64,000 nucleotides of DNA, taken from assembly GCA_964388035.1 (NCBI GenBank), contig CAYLZE010000003.1, positions 32,001-96,000 on the forward strand, written 5' to 3'. Source of the stretch: an uncultured archaeon (GTDB lineage Archaea > Asgardarchaeota > Lokiarchaeia > Sigyniarchaeales > SOKP01). Within the stretch, counting starts at the first letter, position 1. Each line of letters starts with the position of its first letter. The translations under genes were made by a program, and so were the position numbers. Positions 1-11,595 of the stretch are shown in pieces. Under the pieces are notes generated by a model. The model was not told the origin of the DNA, did not search any database, and saw only the letters and a list, made by a program, of their open reading frames with translations.

Positions 1-240
1 TCTTATTCCAGACTTTATCACGTCTCAAATTCAAACGAATTGAAAAAATATCAACTTTTTTTTAATAATTTTATTTTTCTCAATCTTCATTTTTAGAATT
101 CATAAAAAAATCTTGTTCATAAGTTTCTTAAATAAATTAGTTAAATTTCATATCTCATGCTATTTAGATTTATACTTTTATTTATTATCTATTATAATCA
201 AATTCAAGTATTTTTTTAGATTATATCTTACTGATAAAAA

Positions 241-570
241 ATGAGTGAAAAGGAAATACTGGAAAAATGCAAGCTTACCAAGGAAGAATTAATGGAATAT
301 TATGAAAAATCAAAGCAAGTCGATAAAAAAACAGATCATTCAAGAGCTTATAGAACTCTTATGAACGCAACTAGAAGAAATATTTTGGAGTATGTTGGAT
401 TTGAAGTAAAGACAACAGATCAAATGGTAACCGACTTAGAACAAGATAGGGAACAGTTAAAATATCATTTATCCATGTTAGAACAATTAAATTTTATAAT
501 GAAGTGTTCTGATGGTTGGAAATCTACACCGAGAGGTATTGCATTCTTATTAAATGCTAGAATGGAATAA
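241..570 (+). CDS. ArsR-like winged-helix transcriptional regulator
   Basis: 109 aa; TRRNILEYV...QLKYHLSMLEQ...WKSTPRG wHTH pattern. Confidence 0.7.
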   Translation: MSEKEILEKCKLTKEELMEYYEKSKQVDKKTDHSRAYRTLMNATRRNILEYVGFEVKTTDQMVTDLEQDREQLKYHLSMLEQLNFIMKCSDGWKSTPRGIAFLLNARME

Positions 571-602
571 TTCAATTAATTAATTAAAATGGAGGAAAAA
601 TA

Positions 603-1172
603 ATGAGTTTCAATCAAGCGAAAGAACAAATTGGAGGAATATATAAAAGCATAGCAGATTCCCTGAATGACATTATTCATCGAGTAAAATTGAGTAAAGA
701 CGCCCGGATTTTAGATATAGGAACCGGTGATGGAAAAATGGCTATAACCTTAGCATTAAATGGATTTAAAGTAATTACGGGAGAACCAAAAGATGATTAC
801 TCAATGTATGCAAAGAAAAATTGGGCTGAAAATGCTAAAAAAGCGGGAGTTAAAGATCTAATTACCTTCAAACCCCTACGGGCAGATAATTTGCCTTTTG
901 GAGATGGATTTTTCGACGGAATATTCATGTATGGTACGCTCCATCATATCAATCATATCGAATTAGCTTTAAGGGAATGCTTGCGAGTCTTAAAAAAGAG
1001 CGGGGTAATTTGCATTATTGAACCGAACGAATCAATGATAGAAGCCATTAAAAAGACAAACCCAGATCATCCTGATCCCGTAGATCCCACGAAAATTCTA
1101 AAGAAATTGCCAGTTAATTTTGATCACGTGAGAGAGTTGAATTTAATTGGGTATATTATTAGAAAAATTTAA
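603..1172 (+). CDS. Class I SAM-dependent methyltransferase
   Basis: ILDIGTGDG motif I, LPFGDGFFD, TLHH, RVLKKSG; GGAGG RBS upstream. Confidence 0.85.
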   Translation: MSFNQAKEQIGGIYKSIADSLNDIIHRVKLSKDARILDIGTGDGKMAITLALNGFKVITGEPKDDYSMYAKKNWAENAKKAGVKDLITFKPLRADNLPFGDGFFDGIFMYGTLHHINHIELALRECLRVLKKSGVICIIEPNESMIEAIKKTNPDHPDPVDPTKILKKLPVNFDHVRELNLIGYIIRKI

Positions 1173-1191
1173 TTCAAAAGACCCATATGCT

Positions 1192-2178
1192 TTATAACCC
1201 AATATTTTTTAACTTTTTTATTAATTCTTCTTGATAAGAATTAATTTGATCAGGTATAGAAATTTTAATCTTTACTAATAAACTTCCTCTTTTACTTAAA
1301 TTCGAGTTATAAAAGCCCTTTTCTTTTATCCTTAAAAGGGTGCCATCTTTAGTTAAGGGAGGAACAATCACATTAATATCCTCGTCCAAGCTTGATATTT
1401 TGATTTTATCTCCTAAAATTGCTGTTGAATATGGTATTTCTTGTTTTATAATTAGGTCATCTAGAATTCTTCTATATCTTGGATGGGGTTTCACATGAAA
1501 AATTATATATAAATCTCCTGCTTCTCCCCCATTTATCCCGGGTAATCCTCTTCCTTTTAATCGCATTTTATGACCATCTTGGATGCCACGTTCAAATCTT
1601 ATTAATAAGTACTTCTTAATCCCATTCAATGGATCAAAATACCATACTTTTTTCTCACCACCCTTAAATGCTTCGCTAAATGTTATTTCTAAATCATATT
1701 TTAAATCATCTCCATCTTTCCGACCCTCTTCGGTATGCATTCCAGAGTAATAATATCTCTTAGAGTATACCCTAAAATCTTTTAGATTATTGAAAACATC
1801 TAGATTTTCTTCATGAGAGTTTAGTTCTTTATAAGAATTTAAATGAATTTTTTGAGAGGAAGATTCTCTAATGGTTTGAGTTCCAAAATTATTTGCCTTA
1901 TATATCCATGTACGACGGGTTTTAGGAATAGGGGAATTGAATTTTTCTGAATTGCTTTTAAGATTTATTTCCAGTATTATATTATATTTTTTTCTTCTTT
2001 CTTCATCAGATAAGATTTTATGAGCCTCACTTATTTCTTTAAATTTTTCGCCAGATTTGGATTCCTTAGGATTTACATCGGGATGATACCTTCTGGCTAA
2101 TCTTCTAAATGCACGTTTGATCTCTTCTTTGGTAGCATTTTTTTCAACTCCTAATATTGCATAATAATCTTTTATCAT
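1192..2178 (-). CDS. dnaJ: DnaJ-class co-chaperone (zinc-finger-less, second paralog)
   Basis: J domain with HPD (YHPDVNP), C-terminal DnaJ domains ([21 protein letters not shown]); no CxxCxGxG repeats. Confidence 0.85.
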   Translation of the reverse strand: MIKDYYAILGVEKNATKEEIKRAFRRLARRYHPDVNPKESKSGEKFKEISEAHKILSDEERRKKYNIILEINLKSNSEKFNSPIPKTRRTWIYKANNFGTQTIRESSSQKIHLNSYKELNSHEENLDVFNNLKDFRVYSKRYYYSGMHTEEGRKDGDDLKYDLEITFSEAFKGGEKKVWYFDPLNGIKKYLLIRFERGIQDGHKMRLKGRGLPGINGGEAGDLYIIFHVKPHPRYRRILDDLIIKQEIPYSTAILGDKIKISSLDEDINVIVPPLTKDGTLLRIKEKGFYNSNLSKRGSLLVKIKISIPDQINSYQEELIKKLKNIGL

Positions 2179-2407
2179 GAAACCAACTCGTTATAATGAA
2201 AATTCCGTTTCAATTTTGTTAGAGTAGATATCATGTAGTAAAATCATCCTATACTGTATGAAATAGGTTTATTGAAATATGCAAGAATTAGCATTTATAT
2301 TTGTGCTTCCAATTAACGCTAAAGAAAATGGAATATTGATTTTATACACAACTCACTATAGTAGTTCTATTGTTAAATTTTCATTTCTTTTTATTAAAAG
2401 ACTAACT

Positions 2408-3130
2408 TTACGGATCCAGATGGAGCTCTTTCGAAACATTCTTCTCGAATTCTTTAATTTTAGTAAGTTTCCTATTCCAACGCCGAAAGTGTATCCACAT
2501 GTAAATTAGAAAGAAAACCAATACAATAGAACTGCTAAAATTTAAAATAAGCATGAATGGAAAAAATCCATGTACTTCTTTAACTAATAAAAATATTATT
2601 GCTCCAAATAATCTAAAAGACCACCATAGATAAAAGAAGGAGAGAATATTAATGATGTAAAAGACCCATCTAACTTTCTCCATGTGTCTAATAATATCAT
2701 AAAATAAACTTGTTAAAGTAGAAGTTCCCTCCGATTCAGAAATATTGGAATTATTCTGATTTGAATTTAGCATGCCGTATCGTTGATTATATTCTTTAAT
2801 TTTAAATTTCCATTTTTTTAAAAACAGGAATTGAATTATTGAAAAAAGAAATAAGATAAAGAAAACCACGGAAGGAATTAATAGATATAGCCCCAATACC
2901 AATTTTTCTTCAAGAGTTAAATCTGGTACGGGAGGATTTAGGGGTGAATAACGTAAAAAAATAGCTCCTATCAAAATAAAAAGGATATTTAAAGTAATTA
3001 TGCAAAGAGAATAGATTGGAAAGACTGTACTTATTTTTAAATATGACTTTTCCTTATTTATATAATTTAAGCCTCCTTTTTCCGCTTTTTCTAAAAGATC
3101 CATTCCCGAATAATTTTTTTTTTCAGTCAT
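2408..3130 (-). CDS. Hypothetical membrane protein (~4 TM)
   Basis: 240-aa ORF with four hydrophobic segments, directly downstream of a wHTH gene. Confidence 0.7.
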   Translation of the reverse strand: MTEKKNYSGMDLLEKAEKGGLNYINKEKSYLKISTVFPIYSLCIITLNILFILIGAIFLRYSPLNPPVPDLTLEEKLVLGLYLLIPSVVFFILFLFSIIQFLFLKKWKFKIKEYNQRYGMLNSNQNNSNISESEGTSTLTSLFYDIIRHMEKVRWVFYIINILSFFYLWWSFRLFGAIIFLLVKEVHGFFPFMLILNFSSSIVLVFFLIYMWIHFRRWNRKLTKIKEFEKNVSKELHLDP

Positions 3131-3196
3131 TTTCCTTACCTATCTTATATTAATGAGACTTTTTTATTTCATTCCATGCAAGTAGACTAAAAATTG

Positions 3197-3496
3197 TTAT
3201 TCCAATTCTGCGTTAATTTTAACAAACCATTCATACCTTTCTTTTCCAAGATCCGTGATTTCATACAACATTATCGTTCGTTCCCCCCATAATTCTTCTG
3301 AAGAGCTAATATACCCCGCCTCTTCCATTTTATTAAGATATTTTTCAGCAGTAGCAGTTTTTAGTTTGCATCGTTTTATTATATTAGATTTAACTACGCC
3401 TCGAGATTCATAGGGATTAGCTTTTTTACGAAGAAGAGTTTCTAAAATATTTAAAATAATTTCATTGGAAGATCGATAACTCGTTTTTTCTGCCAT
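3197..3496 (-). CDS. Winged helix-turn-helix DNA-binding protein
   Basis: YRSSNEIILNIL...KSNIIKRCKL...KYLNKMEEAGYI...YEITDLG archaeal wHTH pattern. Confidence 0.75.
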   Translation of the reverse strand: MAEKTSYRSSNEIILNILETLLRKKANPYESRGVVKSNIIKRCKLKTATAEKYLNKMEEAGYISSSEELWGERTIMLYEITDLGKERYEWFVKINAELE

Positions 3497-3798
3497 ATTC
3501 CTTATTCAGACATAAAAAAATTCGAAGCTTAGATAGGAATATTATTTCCTTTTTTTTAATTCTAATCCTTTTTATGATCAATTTTATATATTGCTGTAAG
3601 GCCTTAGATATAAGGGGTTATGGGATTATTTTATTTTAAAGATAAGACTTAACAATTATTAAATTCTATGGGACCATTGGTAAGTTACCGGAAGTGATCT
3701 CCATATTAAATACAAAGAAATACGTCTTTGAGAAGATAAGAATTACTTATATTTAAAAAAAATTAGCAAAAAAGAAGATATTAATTATTTAAGTTAAT

Positions 3799-4692
3799 TT
3801 ATACTTGAATTTTAATATTTAATTTCTTTTTAAGCTCCTTATATCTTGATCGAAGCGTGACCTCTGTTACTCCTATTGTATCCGCAATTTCTTTCTGGGT
3901 GATTTCTCTCTTTTTAATGAGACTTGCAAGATATATGGCACCAGCGCATATACCTCTGGGATCCTTTCCGCTTGTTCTAAATCGTTCAGTATAAACTGTT
4001 ACTATCTTGGTTGCAATACTTTGGATATCAGAAGATAATTCTAACTTGGAAATAAATCTCGGGATTAAATTGCTGGGATCTCTTGAAGGTAAATTTAATT
4101 TCAATTCTCTGATGAGAGCAGAATAGCATCTTTTTACATCTTTTTCATTTTCAGCGCTCTCATCCAATATTTCCTGGAAAGTTAAAGGAATTCTCTCTTT
4201 ACGTACTACATAATACACGCAGGCGGCTACCATACCATTAATTGAACGCCCTCGTAATAATTTCTTGTTAAAAGCAATTTTATATAACCGCATTGCCTCT
4301 CTTATTACATAATCCGGAATATTCAAATTACTTGAGATTCTTTTTAATTCTGTAGTGGCAATTAATAGATTCCTCTCATGCCAAGTGATTCTGGTATCCC
4401 ATTTAGCGGCTCGTTTTAAATTTGGATTCGAAATTTCACTTTTCTTTATAGTTGTTGTAAGGCTAATATCAGGAACTAATATTGAAATGGGAGCTCCAGT
4501 TTGTTCTCTACTATTCTTTTCTAAATTATCATAAGCTCTCCTTCCATTGTGGGAAAAATCTACTCCTCTATCTTCTAAAATTAACCCGCATTGCATGCAT
4601 ACAGTTTCCCCCGTATCTTCAATCATGATAATATTTCCCCCGCATTCGGGGCAAATTTGTGAATTATTTACAAGATTTGTTTCTATACTCAT
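3799..4692 (-). CDS. tfb: Transcription initiation factor IIB (TFB) paralog
   Basis: Zn ribbon CPECG...CMQCG, ERNL, LLRGRSI, GKDPRG, C-terminal HTH GVTEVTLRSRYKEL; GAGGTGA RBS. Confidence 0.95.
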   Translation of the reverse strand: MSIETNLVNNSQICPECGGNIIMIEDTGETVCMQCGLILEDRGVDFSHNGRRAYDNLEKNSREQTGAPISILVPDISLTTTIKKSEISNPNLKRAAKWDTRITWHERNLLIATTELKRISSNLNIPDYVIREAMRLYKIAFNKKLLRGRSINGMVAACVYYVVRKERIPLTFQEILDESAENEKDVKRCYSALIRELKLNLPSRDPSNLIPRFISKLELSSDIQSIATKIVTVYTERFRTSGKDPRGICAGAIYLASLIKKREITQKEIADTIGVTEVTLRSRYKELKKKLNIKIQV

Positions 4693-4826
4693 TTTTTGCT
4701 CACCTCTATATTATAATAAAATTAACCTTTTCCCTCATTTCTCACTACTAATCCTTTTATATTTATATATTTAAATGTTGGTGTTATTGATAAAAGTAAT
4801 TTTAAAGAGTTCATGAATATATTATA

Positions 4827-7433
4827 TTATTTCATCACTTCTATTTTATTAAAAATTAAATCATTTCGTGATCCTAAATCCACTTGTATGAGATCGCCCT
4901 CTGAAAAGTTTCCTTCCAATAATTTCAGGGACAAGGGATTTTGAATATAATCTTGAATTGCTCTCTTTAAGGGCCTGGCTCCGTATTGAGGATCAAATCC
5001 TTTATCGCTGAGGTATTCTTTTGCCTTGTCTGTCAATTGTAATTGTATGCTATGGTCTTTTAATGTTTTATTTAACTGTCTTATTTGAATTTCAACAATT
5101 TGTTTGATTTGCTGTTGTTCAAGGAAGTTAAATATGATGATATCATCGATTCTATTAAGAAATTCTGGTCGAAAATGACTCCTTAATTGTTTTAAAATTA
5201 ACTCTTTTACATGGTCATAGTCTTGTTGATGCATCTCCAAAATGTATTCACTACCAATATTACTGGTCATTATAATAATAACATTTTTAAAATCAACGGT
5301 TCTCCCGTGTCCATCGGTCAGTCTTCCATCATCTAAAATTTGTAAAAGAATATTAAATACATCATGATGAGCTTTTTCAATTTCATCGAATAAGAGAACG
5401 GAATACGGACGTCTTCTTACCGCTTCTGTCAAATAGCCCCCTTCTTCATATCCAACGTAGCCAGGTGGAGCACCTATTAATCTTGAAACGCTATATTTTT
5501 CCATATATTCGGACATATCAATTCTTACCATTGCATTTTCATCATCAAATAAAAACTCGGCTAAGGCTTTGGCTGTTTCTGTTTTTCCGACTCCTGTAGG
5601 TCCCAAAAATATAAAAGATCCAATGGGACGATTAGGATCTTGAATACCAGCCCGAGCTCTCCTAATTGCATTCGAGATAGTTTTTAAGGCTTGATCTTGT
5701 CCTATAACTCTTTTCTTTAATCGTTCTTCCATTTTCAAGAGCTTTTCTCTTTCAGTTTCTAACATTCTTGCTACAGGGATGCCCGTCCATTGAGAGATAA
5801 TTTCCGCAATGTCTTCAGCATCTACTTCTTGTTTGAGCATGGTTTTATTCTTTTGGATCTCTTCTAATTGTTCATTGTATTTTTGTAGATCTTTCTTTAA
5901 TTGGTTTAAAACCCCATAAGTTAATTCTGCCGCTTTTCCGAGATCGCCTCTCTTTTCTGCTTTTTCAGCCATTATTTTGGTATCTTCCATTTTTTTCTTA
6001 ATTTCATTAATTTTGGAAATGGCCTCTTTCTCATTTTTCCATTGTAATTTTAAAATACTTCCCTCTTCTCTTAATCGACTAATTTCCTCCTCCAAAGACT
6101 GTATTTTCTCCTTAGAAGCTGTATCATCTTCTCGCTTAAGGGCTTCTCTCTGAATTTCTAATTGGATAATTTTTCGTTCTATTTCATCGATCTCGGTAGG
6201 CATGGAATCTATTTCAATTCTTAATCTTGAAGCCGCTTCATCCATTAAATCAATAGCTTTATCGGGCAAGAATCGATCTGCTATATATCTATGAGATAAA
6301 GTCACTGCAGCAATTATTGCCGAATCAGAAATTCGAATTCCATGATGAATCTCATATTTTTCCTTTAATCCTCTGAGGATAGCGATAGAATCCTCCACGG
6401 AAGGTTCTGATACAAATACCGTTTGGAATCTGCGAGTTAATGCCGCATCTTTTTCAATATATTTTCGATATTCGTCTAGGGTAGTAGCACCGATAGCTCG
6501 TAATTCACCTCTAGCTAAGGGTGGTTTAAGCATATTAGAGGCATCGATAGCGCCTTCTGCAGCACCTGCTCCGACTAAGGTGTGTAATTCATCTATGAAT
6601 AAAATGTATTTTCCAGCCCCTTTCTCAATTTCTTTTAAAAACGCTTTTAATCGGTCTTCAAATTCCCCTCGATACTTTGCTCCCGCAATCAATGCGGCCA
6701 AATCAAGGGCTACAATTTCTTTATTTTTAAGAGATTCTGGTACATCATCATTCGTAATCCGCTGGGCTAATCCCTCTACTATTGCTGTCTTTCCTACACC
6801 CGCTTCACCAATTAATACGGGATTATTCTTTGTTCTTCGAGATAAGATATGCATCACGCGCCGAATTTCATCATCTCTCCCAATTACAGGATCCAATTTA
6901 TTTCTTCTTGCCATATCTGTCAGATTTCTACTATATTTCTGAATGGCTTGATATTTCCCTTCGGGATCTTGATCGGTAACTCTTTGATTTCCCCGAACAC
7001 TCTTTAAAGCTTGTAGAATCCTCTCTTTAGTTATACCAAAATTTTTGAATAAAATATGAGTTGGTAGGGAATCTACTTCTGCGATTGCTAAGAGTAGATG
7101 TTCGGTACTTAAATATTCATCCTTTAAAAATTCTGCCTGCTTCCAGGCATTATCAAACAAAATTTTTGTGTTAGGCGATATTACCACGTTAGAAGCTCCC
7201 GGTCCTGTAACATTCGGTATTTTTTCTAATTCATTATTTAAATCTGCCTTGAAATGATTAATGTTCACGCCTAATTTTTGTAAAAGGGGAATTGTAATTC
7301 CATCTGCTTGCTCTAACAAAGCAAGAACTAAATGAACAGGTTCAATCTGCTGATGATTATAGCCCTCTGCAATACTTTGGGCGGACATCAGCATTTCCTG
7401 TGTTTTTATCGTAAAATTATCAAATTTCATCAT
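4827..7433 (-). CDS. clpB: ATP-dependent disaggregase ClpB
   Basis: 868 aa; two AAA+ modules ([16 protein letters not shown]), long coiled-coil M-domain, [13 protein letters not shown]. Confidence 0.97.
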   Translation of the reverse strand: MMKFDNFTIKTQEMLMSAQSIAEGYNHQQIEPVHLVLALLEQADGITIPLLQKLGVNINHFKADLNNELEKIPNVTGPGASNVVISPNTKILFDNAWKQAEFLKDEYLSTEHLLLAIAEVDSLPTHILFKNFGITKERILQALKSVRGNQRVTDQDPEGKYQAIQKYSRNLTDMARRNKLDPVIGRDDEIRRVMHILSRRTKNNPVLIGEAGVGKTAIVEGLAQRITNDDVPESLKNKEIVALDLAALIAGAKYRGEFEDRLKAFLKEIEKGAGKYILFIDELHTLVGAGAAEGAIDASNMLKPPLARGELRAIGATTLDEYRKYIEKDAALTRRFQTVFVSEPSVEDSIAILRGLKEKYEIHHGIRISDSAIIAAVTLSHRYIADRFLPDKAIDLMDEAASRLRIEIDSMPTEIDEIERKIIQLEIQREALKREDDTASKEKIQSLEEEISRLREEGSILKLQWKNEKEAISKINEIKKKMEDTKIMAEKAEKRGDLGKAAELTYGVLNQLKKDLQKYNEQLEEIQKNKTMLKQEVDAEDIAEIISQWTGIPVARMLETEREKLLKMEERLKKRVIGQDQALKTISNAIRRARAGIQDPNRPIGSFIFLGPTGVGKTETAKALAEFLFDDENAMVRIDMSEYMEKYSVSRLIGAPPGYVGYEEGGYLTEAVRRRPYSVLLFDEIEKAHHDVFNILLQILDDGRLTDGHGRTVDFKNVIIIMTSNIGSEYILEMHQQDYDHVKELILKQLRSHFRPEFLNRIDDIIIFNFLEQQQIKQIVEIQIRQLNKTLKDHSIQLQLTDKAKEYLSDKGFDPQYGARPLKRAIQDYIQNPLSLKLLEGNFSEGDLIQVDLGSRNDLIFNKIEVMK

Positions 7434-7448
7434 GATTTATAATTCCTC

Positions 7449-8462
7449 TTATAATCCACTTTTTTTTAATTCTTCTAATAACTTTTTTTGATTATTATTC
7501 AATCTATCAGGCACTTTTATGGTTACTTTTACCAAAAGACTGCCCCTTTCATTTGAATTAATTTTATAAAATCCTTGATTTTGCAATCTTAACACGGTCG
7601 AATCTCCCGTGCCTGATGGTATGGTAACGGTTAATTCTTTCTCCACTCCGGGTACTTTCACCTTTCCACCCAAGGTGGCTGTTGTAAAGGGAATTTCCTT
7701 CTCGATATACAAATCATCTTCTCTTCTTTCGAATATGGGATGATTTCTAATGTGAATGGCAATATATAAATCTCCCGCAGGTCCTCCGTATTCTCCTGGC
7801 ATTCCCTTCCCTTTTAAGCGTAGCTTTTGATTATCCTTAACACCTCGGGGTATTGTTATCGTTAATATTTGATTTTCCTCGGTAGAAGGATCCCTATATT
7901 GAATCTTACGTTTCCCTCCTTCGTAAGCGTCCATGAAATCAATTTCCATATCATATCTTAAATCATCTCCTTCTCGAGGAATATTTACCCGTTGTGAATC
8001 AGATCTTGCTCTAGTGCTTCCACCTCTTCTTGAAAATACATCAAAAATATCTCCAAGATCATTGAAAAAATCAAATCCTCCTCCACGTTGAGATTTTGGA
8101 CTGCCAAAACCACTGAATATATCATTAAAATCAAAGCCCTCTTCGGGACTTCCCGAGGAGGAGTAATAATAGGTGCGTCCATCTGGACTGGTGTATACAC
8201 TTCCAGGACCGCCTGCATATTGCTGTCCTGTCCCTGCACTTCCAACACCTTCTACCACGCCAAATCTATCATACATTTGTCGTTTTTCATCATCCGATAA
8301 TACTTGATATGCCTCATTAATCTCTTTAAATTTTTCTCCTGACTTTGGCTCATCAGGATTCACATCAGGATGATATTTTCTCGCCATTTTACGGAATGCT
8401 CGCTTTATTTCATCCTTGGTAGCATTCTTTTCAACCCCTAATATTTCATAATAATCCGGCAT
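7449..8462 (-). CDS. dnaJ: DnaJ-class co-chaperone (class B / CbpA-like, no zinc finger)
   Basis: J domain with HPD, G/F-rich linker with DIF motifs, C-terminal domains; between dnaK and clpB. Confidence 0.92.
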   Translation of the reverse strand: MPDYYEILGVEKNATKDEIKRAFRKMARKYHPDVNPDEPKSGEKFKEINEAYQVLSDDEKRQMYDRFGVVEGVGSAGTGQQYAGGPGSVYTSPDGRTYYYSSSGSPEEGFDFNDIFSGFGSPKSQRGGGFDFFNDLGDIFDVFSRRGGSTRARSDSQRVNIPREGDDLRYDMEIDFMDAYEGGKRKIQYRDPSTEENQILTITIPRGVKDNQKLRLKGKGMPGEYGGPAGDLYIAIHIRNHPIFERREDDLYIEKEIPFTTATLGGKVKVPGVEKELTVTIPSGTGDSTVLRLQNQGFYKINSNERGSLLVKVTIKVPDRLNNNQKKLLEELKKSGL

Positions 8463-8555
8463 TATTTTCCCTTTTTTGTAATAAGTTATGAATAATTAAA
8501 TGAACGTGAAAATAATAAAAATAAAAAAATAGAAAAAAAACTTAAATGCTTATTT

Positions 8556-10433
8556 TTACTCGTAATCCGCATCAACAACGTCTTGACCAGCTGCTCTACG
8601 ATATTGTTCCTGTTCTATTTCATCTTGTGTCTTGGTATGACCACCCATTCCCCCCGGTGGTGTTCCCGTATATGTTTGATTTGCTCCGGGTTGCTGTCCA
8701 TACATTCGGGATGAAACTTCATGTAATGAACTTTGTAAATCATCAATAGCATGCTGAATCTTATTCTCATCATCCGATGCAATAGCAGTTTCCAATTGCT
8801 TAATTTTCTCTTGAATCTTGGTTTTCAAGTCTCCTACCAATGATTCATTCTCTCGTATCAACTTTTCTGCTTGATATATTAAGCCTTCTGCGGTATTCTT
8901 CAATTTCACCAATTCCTTAAACTTCTTATCGTCTTCAGCATTTTTCTCTGCTTCTCTGACTTTTCTATCAATCTCATCATCAGACATTTTAGTTGAAGCC
9001 GTAATCGTGATTGACTGTATTCTTCCCGTTGCTTTATCCTTGGCAGATACTTTTAATATTCCATTCGCATCGATGTCAAAAGTTACTTCAATTTGAGGTA
9101 CACCTCTCGGTGCAGGTGGAATTCCATTTAAATGAAATTTTCCTAAAGAAAGATTATCAGCAGCTCTTGGTCTTTCTCCTTGTAATACGTGAACTTCGAC
9201 AGCAGATTGATTATCTGCAGCAGTTGTAAAAGTCTCCGTTTTCTTTGTAGGAATTGTAGTATTCCTCTCTATTAATTTCGTAAATACTCCACCTAAGGTT
9301 TCAACTCCCAAGGATAAGGGCGTCACGTCTAAGAGCAATAAATCTTCTACCTCTCCTGTCAAGACTCCACCTTGAATGGCTGCTCCTTGCGCAACACATT
9401 CCATAGGATCTATTCCGCGTGCTAATTTTTTTCCGAAAAATTCTTCAAATTTTTTCTGAACACTTGGCATTCTCGTAGGACCACCAACCAAGATCACTTT
9501 ATCAATTTTGTCTCTAGCTAATCCTGAATCACTTAGCGCTTTTTGAATGGGTCCTTCTAATCTTTTCAAAACAGGCTCAATCAATTGTTCGAGTTTTGCA
9601 CGAGTTATTGTCATGTTTAGATGTTTTGGACCAGTATTTGTTGCTGTTACATAAGGTAAATTGATATCAGTAGTAAGAGTGGTAGATAGTTCAATCTTAG
9701 CTTTTTCTGCAGCTTCTTTAACTCTCTGTAAGGCCATTTTATCTTTTCTTAAATCAACACCTTCCTGCGTTTTGAACTCTTCCACGATGTAATCAACCAG
9801 TATATCATCCATATCTCTTCCTCCTAATTGCGTGTCACCGCTCGTCGAAATTACTTCAAATACTTTTTCCTCCATTTCCATGATGGTGACATCAAATGTA
9901 CCGCCACCAAAATCCAAGACGACGATTGTTATTTGCTCGTTTTCTTTATCTAAACCATAAGCAATAGCAGCAGCAGTAGGTTCGTTTATTAATCGGCGAA
10001 CATTCAGTCCTGCAATCTTACCAGCATCTTTAGTAGCTTGTCGCTGATTATCATTAAAGTATGCAGGAACGGTTATTATGGCTTCTGTTACTTCTTCGCC
10101 TAAATAGTCACTTGCATCTTGTTTAATCTTTCTTAAAATCATCGCGGAAATCTCTTGTGGGGTGTATTCTTTGCCATCAATTTTTACCCTATAGGAGGTC
10201 CCCATTTTTCTCTTTATACCTGTAATAGTACGTTCTGGATTAGAAATAGCTTGTCTCCTTGCTGGTTCTCCTACTAGTATCTGACCGTCTTTTGTAAAAG
10301 CAATTATACTTGGAAAAGCCTTACCATATAAGGTTACCCCTTCTTTACTAGGAATAATTTCAGCTCTTCCGCCTGTTAATACAGCAGCAGCACTATTGCT
10401 AGTTCCTAAGTCAATTCCAATAATTTTTGCCAT
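8556..10433 (-). CDS. dnaK: Molecular chaperone DnaK (Hsp70)
   Basis: [54 protein letters not shown], terminal VVDADYE. Confidence 0.98.
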   Translation of the reverse strand: MAKIIGIDLGTSNSAAAVLTGGRAEIIPSKEGVTLYGKAFPSIIAFTKDGQILVGEPARRQAISNPERTITGIKRKMGTSYRVKIDGKEYTPQEISAMILRKIKQDASDYLGEEVTEAIITVPAYFNDNQRQATKDAGKIAGLNVRRLINEPTAAAIAYGLDKENEQITIVVLDFGGGTFDVTIMEMEEKVFEVISTSGDTQLGGRDMDDILVDYIVEEFKTQEGVDLRKDKMALQRVKEAAEKAKIELSTTLTTDINLPYVTATNTGPKHLNMTITRAKLEQLIEPVLKRLEGPIQKALSDSGLARDKIDKVILVGGPTRMPSVQKKFEEFFGKKLARGIDPMECVAQGAAIQGGVLTGEVEDLLLLDVTPLSLGVETLGGVFTKLIERNTTIPTKKTETFTTAADNQSAVEVHVLQGERPRAADNLSLGKFHLNGIPPAPRGVPQIEVTFDIDANGILKVSAKDKATGRIQSITITASTKMSDDEIDRKVREAEKNAEDDKKFKELVKLKNTAEGLIYQAEKLIRENESLVGDLKTKIQEKIKQLETAIASDDENKIQHAIDDLQSSLHEVSSRMYGQQPGANQTYTGTPPGGMGGHTKTQDEIEQEQYRRAAGQDVVDADYE

Positions 10434-10503
10434 TTTTTATCACTTTATCTTGTTATTTTTTATTTTTTGATTTTAAATTTTAATTATTTTAAAAAATGTT
10501 GAT

Positions 10504-11151
10504 TTAAATTGTATCTTTCTTAGAGATTTTGACCTTAGCAGGTCTTAAAACCTCATCATTATAATAAAATCCATTTTCTAATTCTTGTAAAATGGTTCCT
10601 TCCGGAACATTTGCATTGTTCTCTGTTAATATCGCTTCGTGCTTATAAGGATCAAATTTCTCGCCCATAGTATTCATTAATCTTATGCCATACTCTTTGA
10701 GAAGATTTTCGAAATTTTCTACAATCATATTAAAACCTTTTTTGAAAGATTCATTTACTTCTATTGTATCTAGTACTTCAGAAGCTCTCTTCAAGTCGTC
10801 CAAATGATTTATTAACTTTTTCAATATTTCAAATGTGAATTTAATACGATTTCTTTCTTGGATACGCTCTACATTCTTTCGGTAATTTTCGAAGTCAGCT
10901 TGTAAGCGCTTTAATGAATTTAAGTAAGATTCCGCTTTTATTGTTAATTCTGAATCTCTTTTCTCCATAGAATTTATTTTCTCCATTTCTTCAGTCAATT
11001 TTTTATTTTCCAATGCTAACTCTTCAGCTTTTTTCATGAGTTGATCAGAATGCTGTGCTTTCTCTTTTAAAGAATTATATTCCTGCTTTGTAATAGATAC
11101 TTTATCAGAATCCATATTGTAGAAATTTTGGTAAAATTCTTCGAACGACAT
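10504..11151 (-). CDS. grpE: Nucleotide exchange factor GrpE
   Basis: RLQADFENYRK, FDPYKHEA, VLRPAKVKISK. Confidence 0.95.
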   Translation of the reverse strand: MSFEEFYQNFYNMDSDKVSITKQEYNSLKEKAQHSDQLMKKAEELALENKKLTEEMEKINSMEKRDSELTIKAESYLNSLKRLQADFENYRKNVERIQERNRIKFTFEILKKLINHLDDLKRASEVLDTIEVNESFKKGFNMIVENFENLLKEYGIRLMNTMGEKFDPYKHEAILTENNANVPEGTILQELENGFYYNDEVLRPAKVKISKKDTI

Positions 11152-11230
11152 TGATCATTTTCCTCTTTTTTATATTACTTATTGTTCTTGGCAATCTTTT
11201 TTTGTAAACTTTATATTGACAACATTTAAT

Positions 11231-11246
11231 AAGTTAATATTAACTT
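11231..11246. promoter_or_regulatory. Perfect 16-bp palindrome, putative operator
   Basis: AAGTTAATATTAACTT immediately downstream of the grpE TATA box. Confidence 0.5.
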
Positions 11247-11249
11247 GAC

Positions 11250-11266
11250 TATATAAAAGTTTCGTT
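11250..11266 (-). promoter_or_regulatory. Archaeal BRE+TATA promoter of the grpE-dnaK operon
   Basis: Minus strand AACGAAACTTTTATATA about 100 nt upstream of the grpE ATG. Confidence 0.65.
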
Positions 11267-11595
11267 TTTATATTATTCGCTCCCTCAATAAATTAAATAT
11301 AAAATGTAACCAGAAAAACTCCTAATCTTTAATTTTATAATTAAATTTCCTAAGAATTGATTTTTTTTATGCCATATTTAAAGGAGAAAGGTAAGTATTT
11401 AAGTACATCTCTAATTTTTTTAATTAATAGCAATATTATTATACTATTCTTGTTAGGATATTGATATTAGGATTCCCATTCACCCCAAATTTCTCAGGCA
11501 TTATCTTATAAGCAAAATTTATATAAAATAAATGAAGATAGTAAATGGATTTATCAAGAAGTTGGACAATTTTCAAAAATAAGAGGAAAAGAAAC

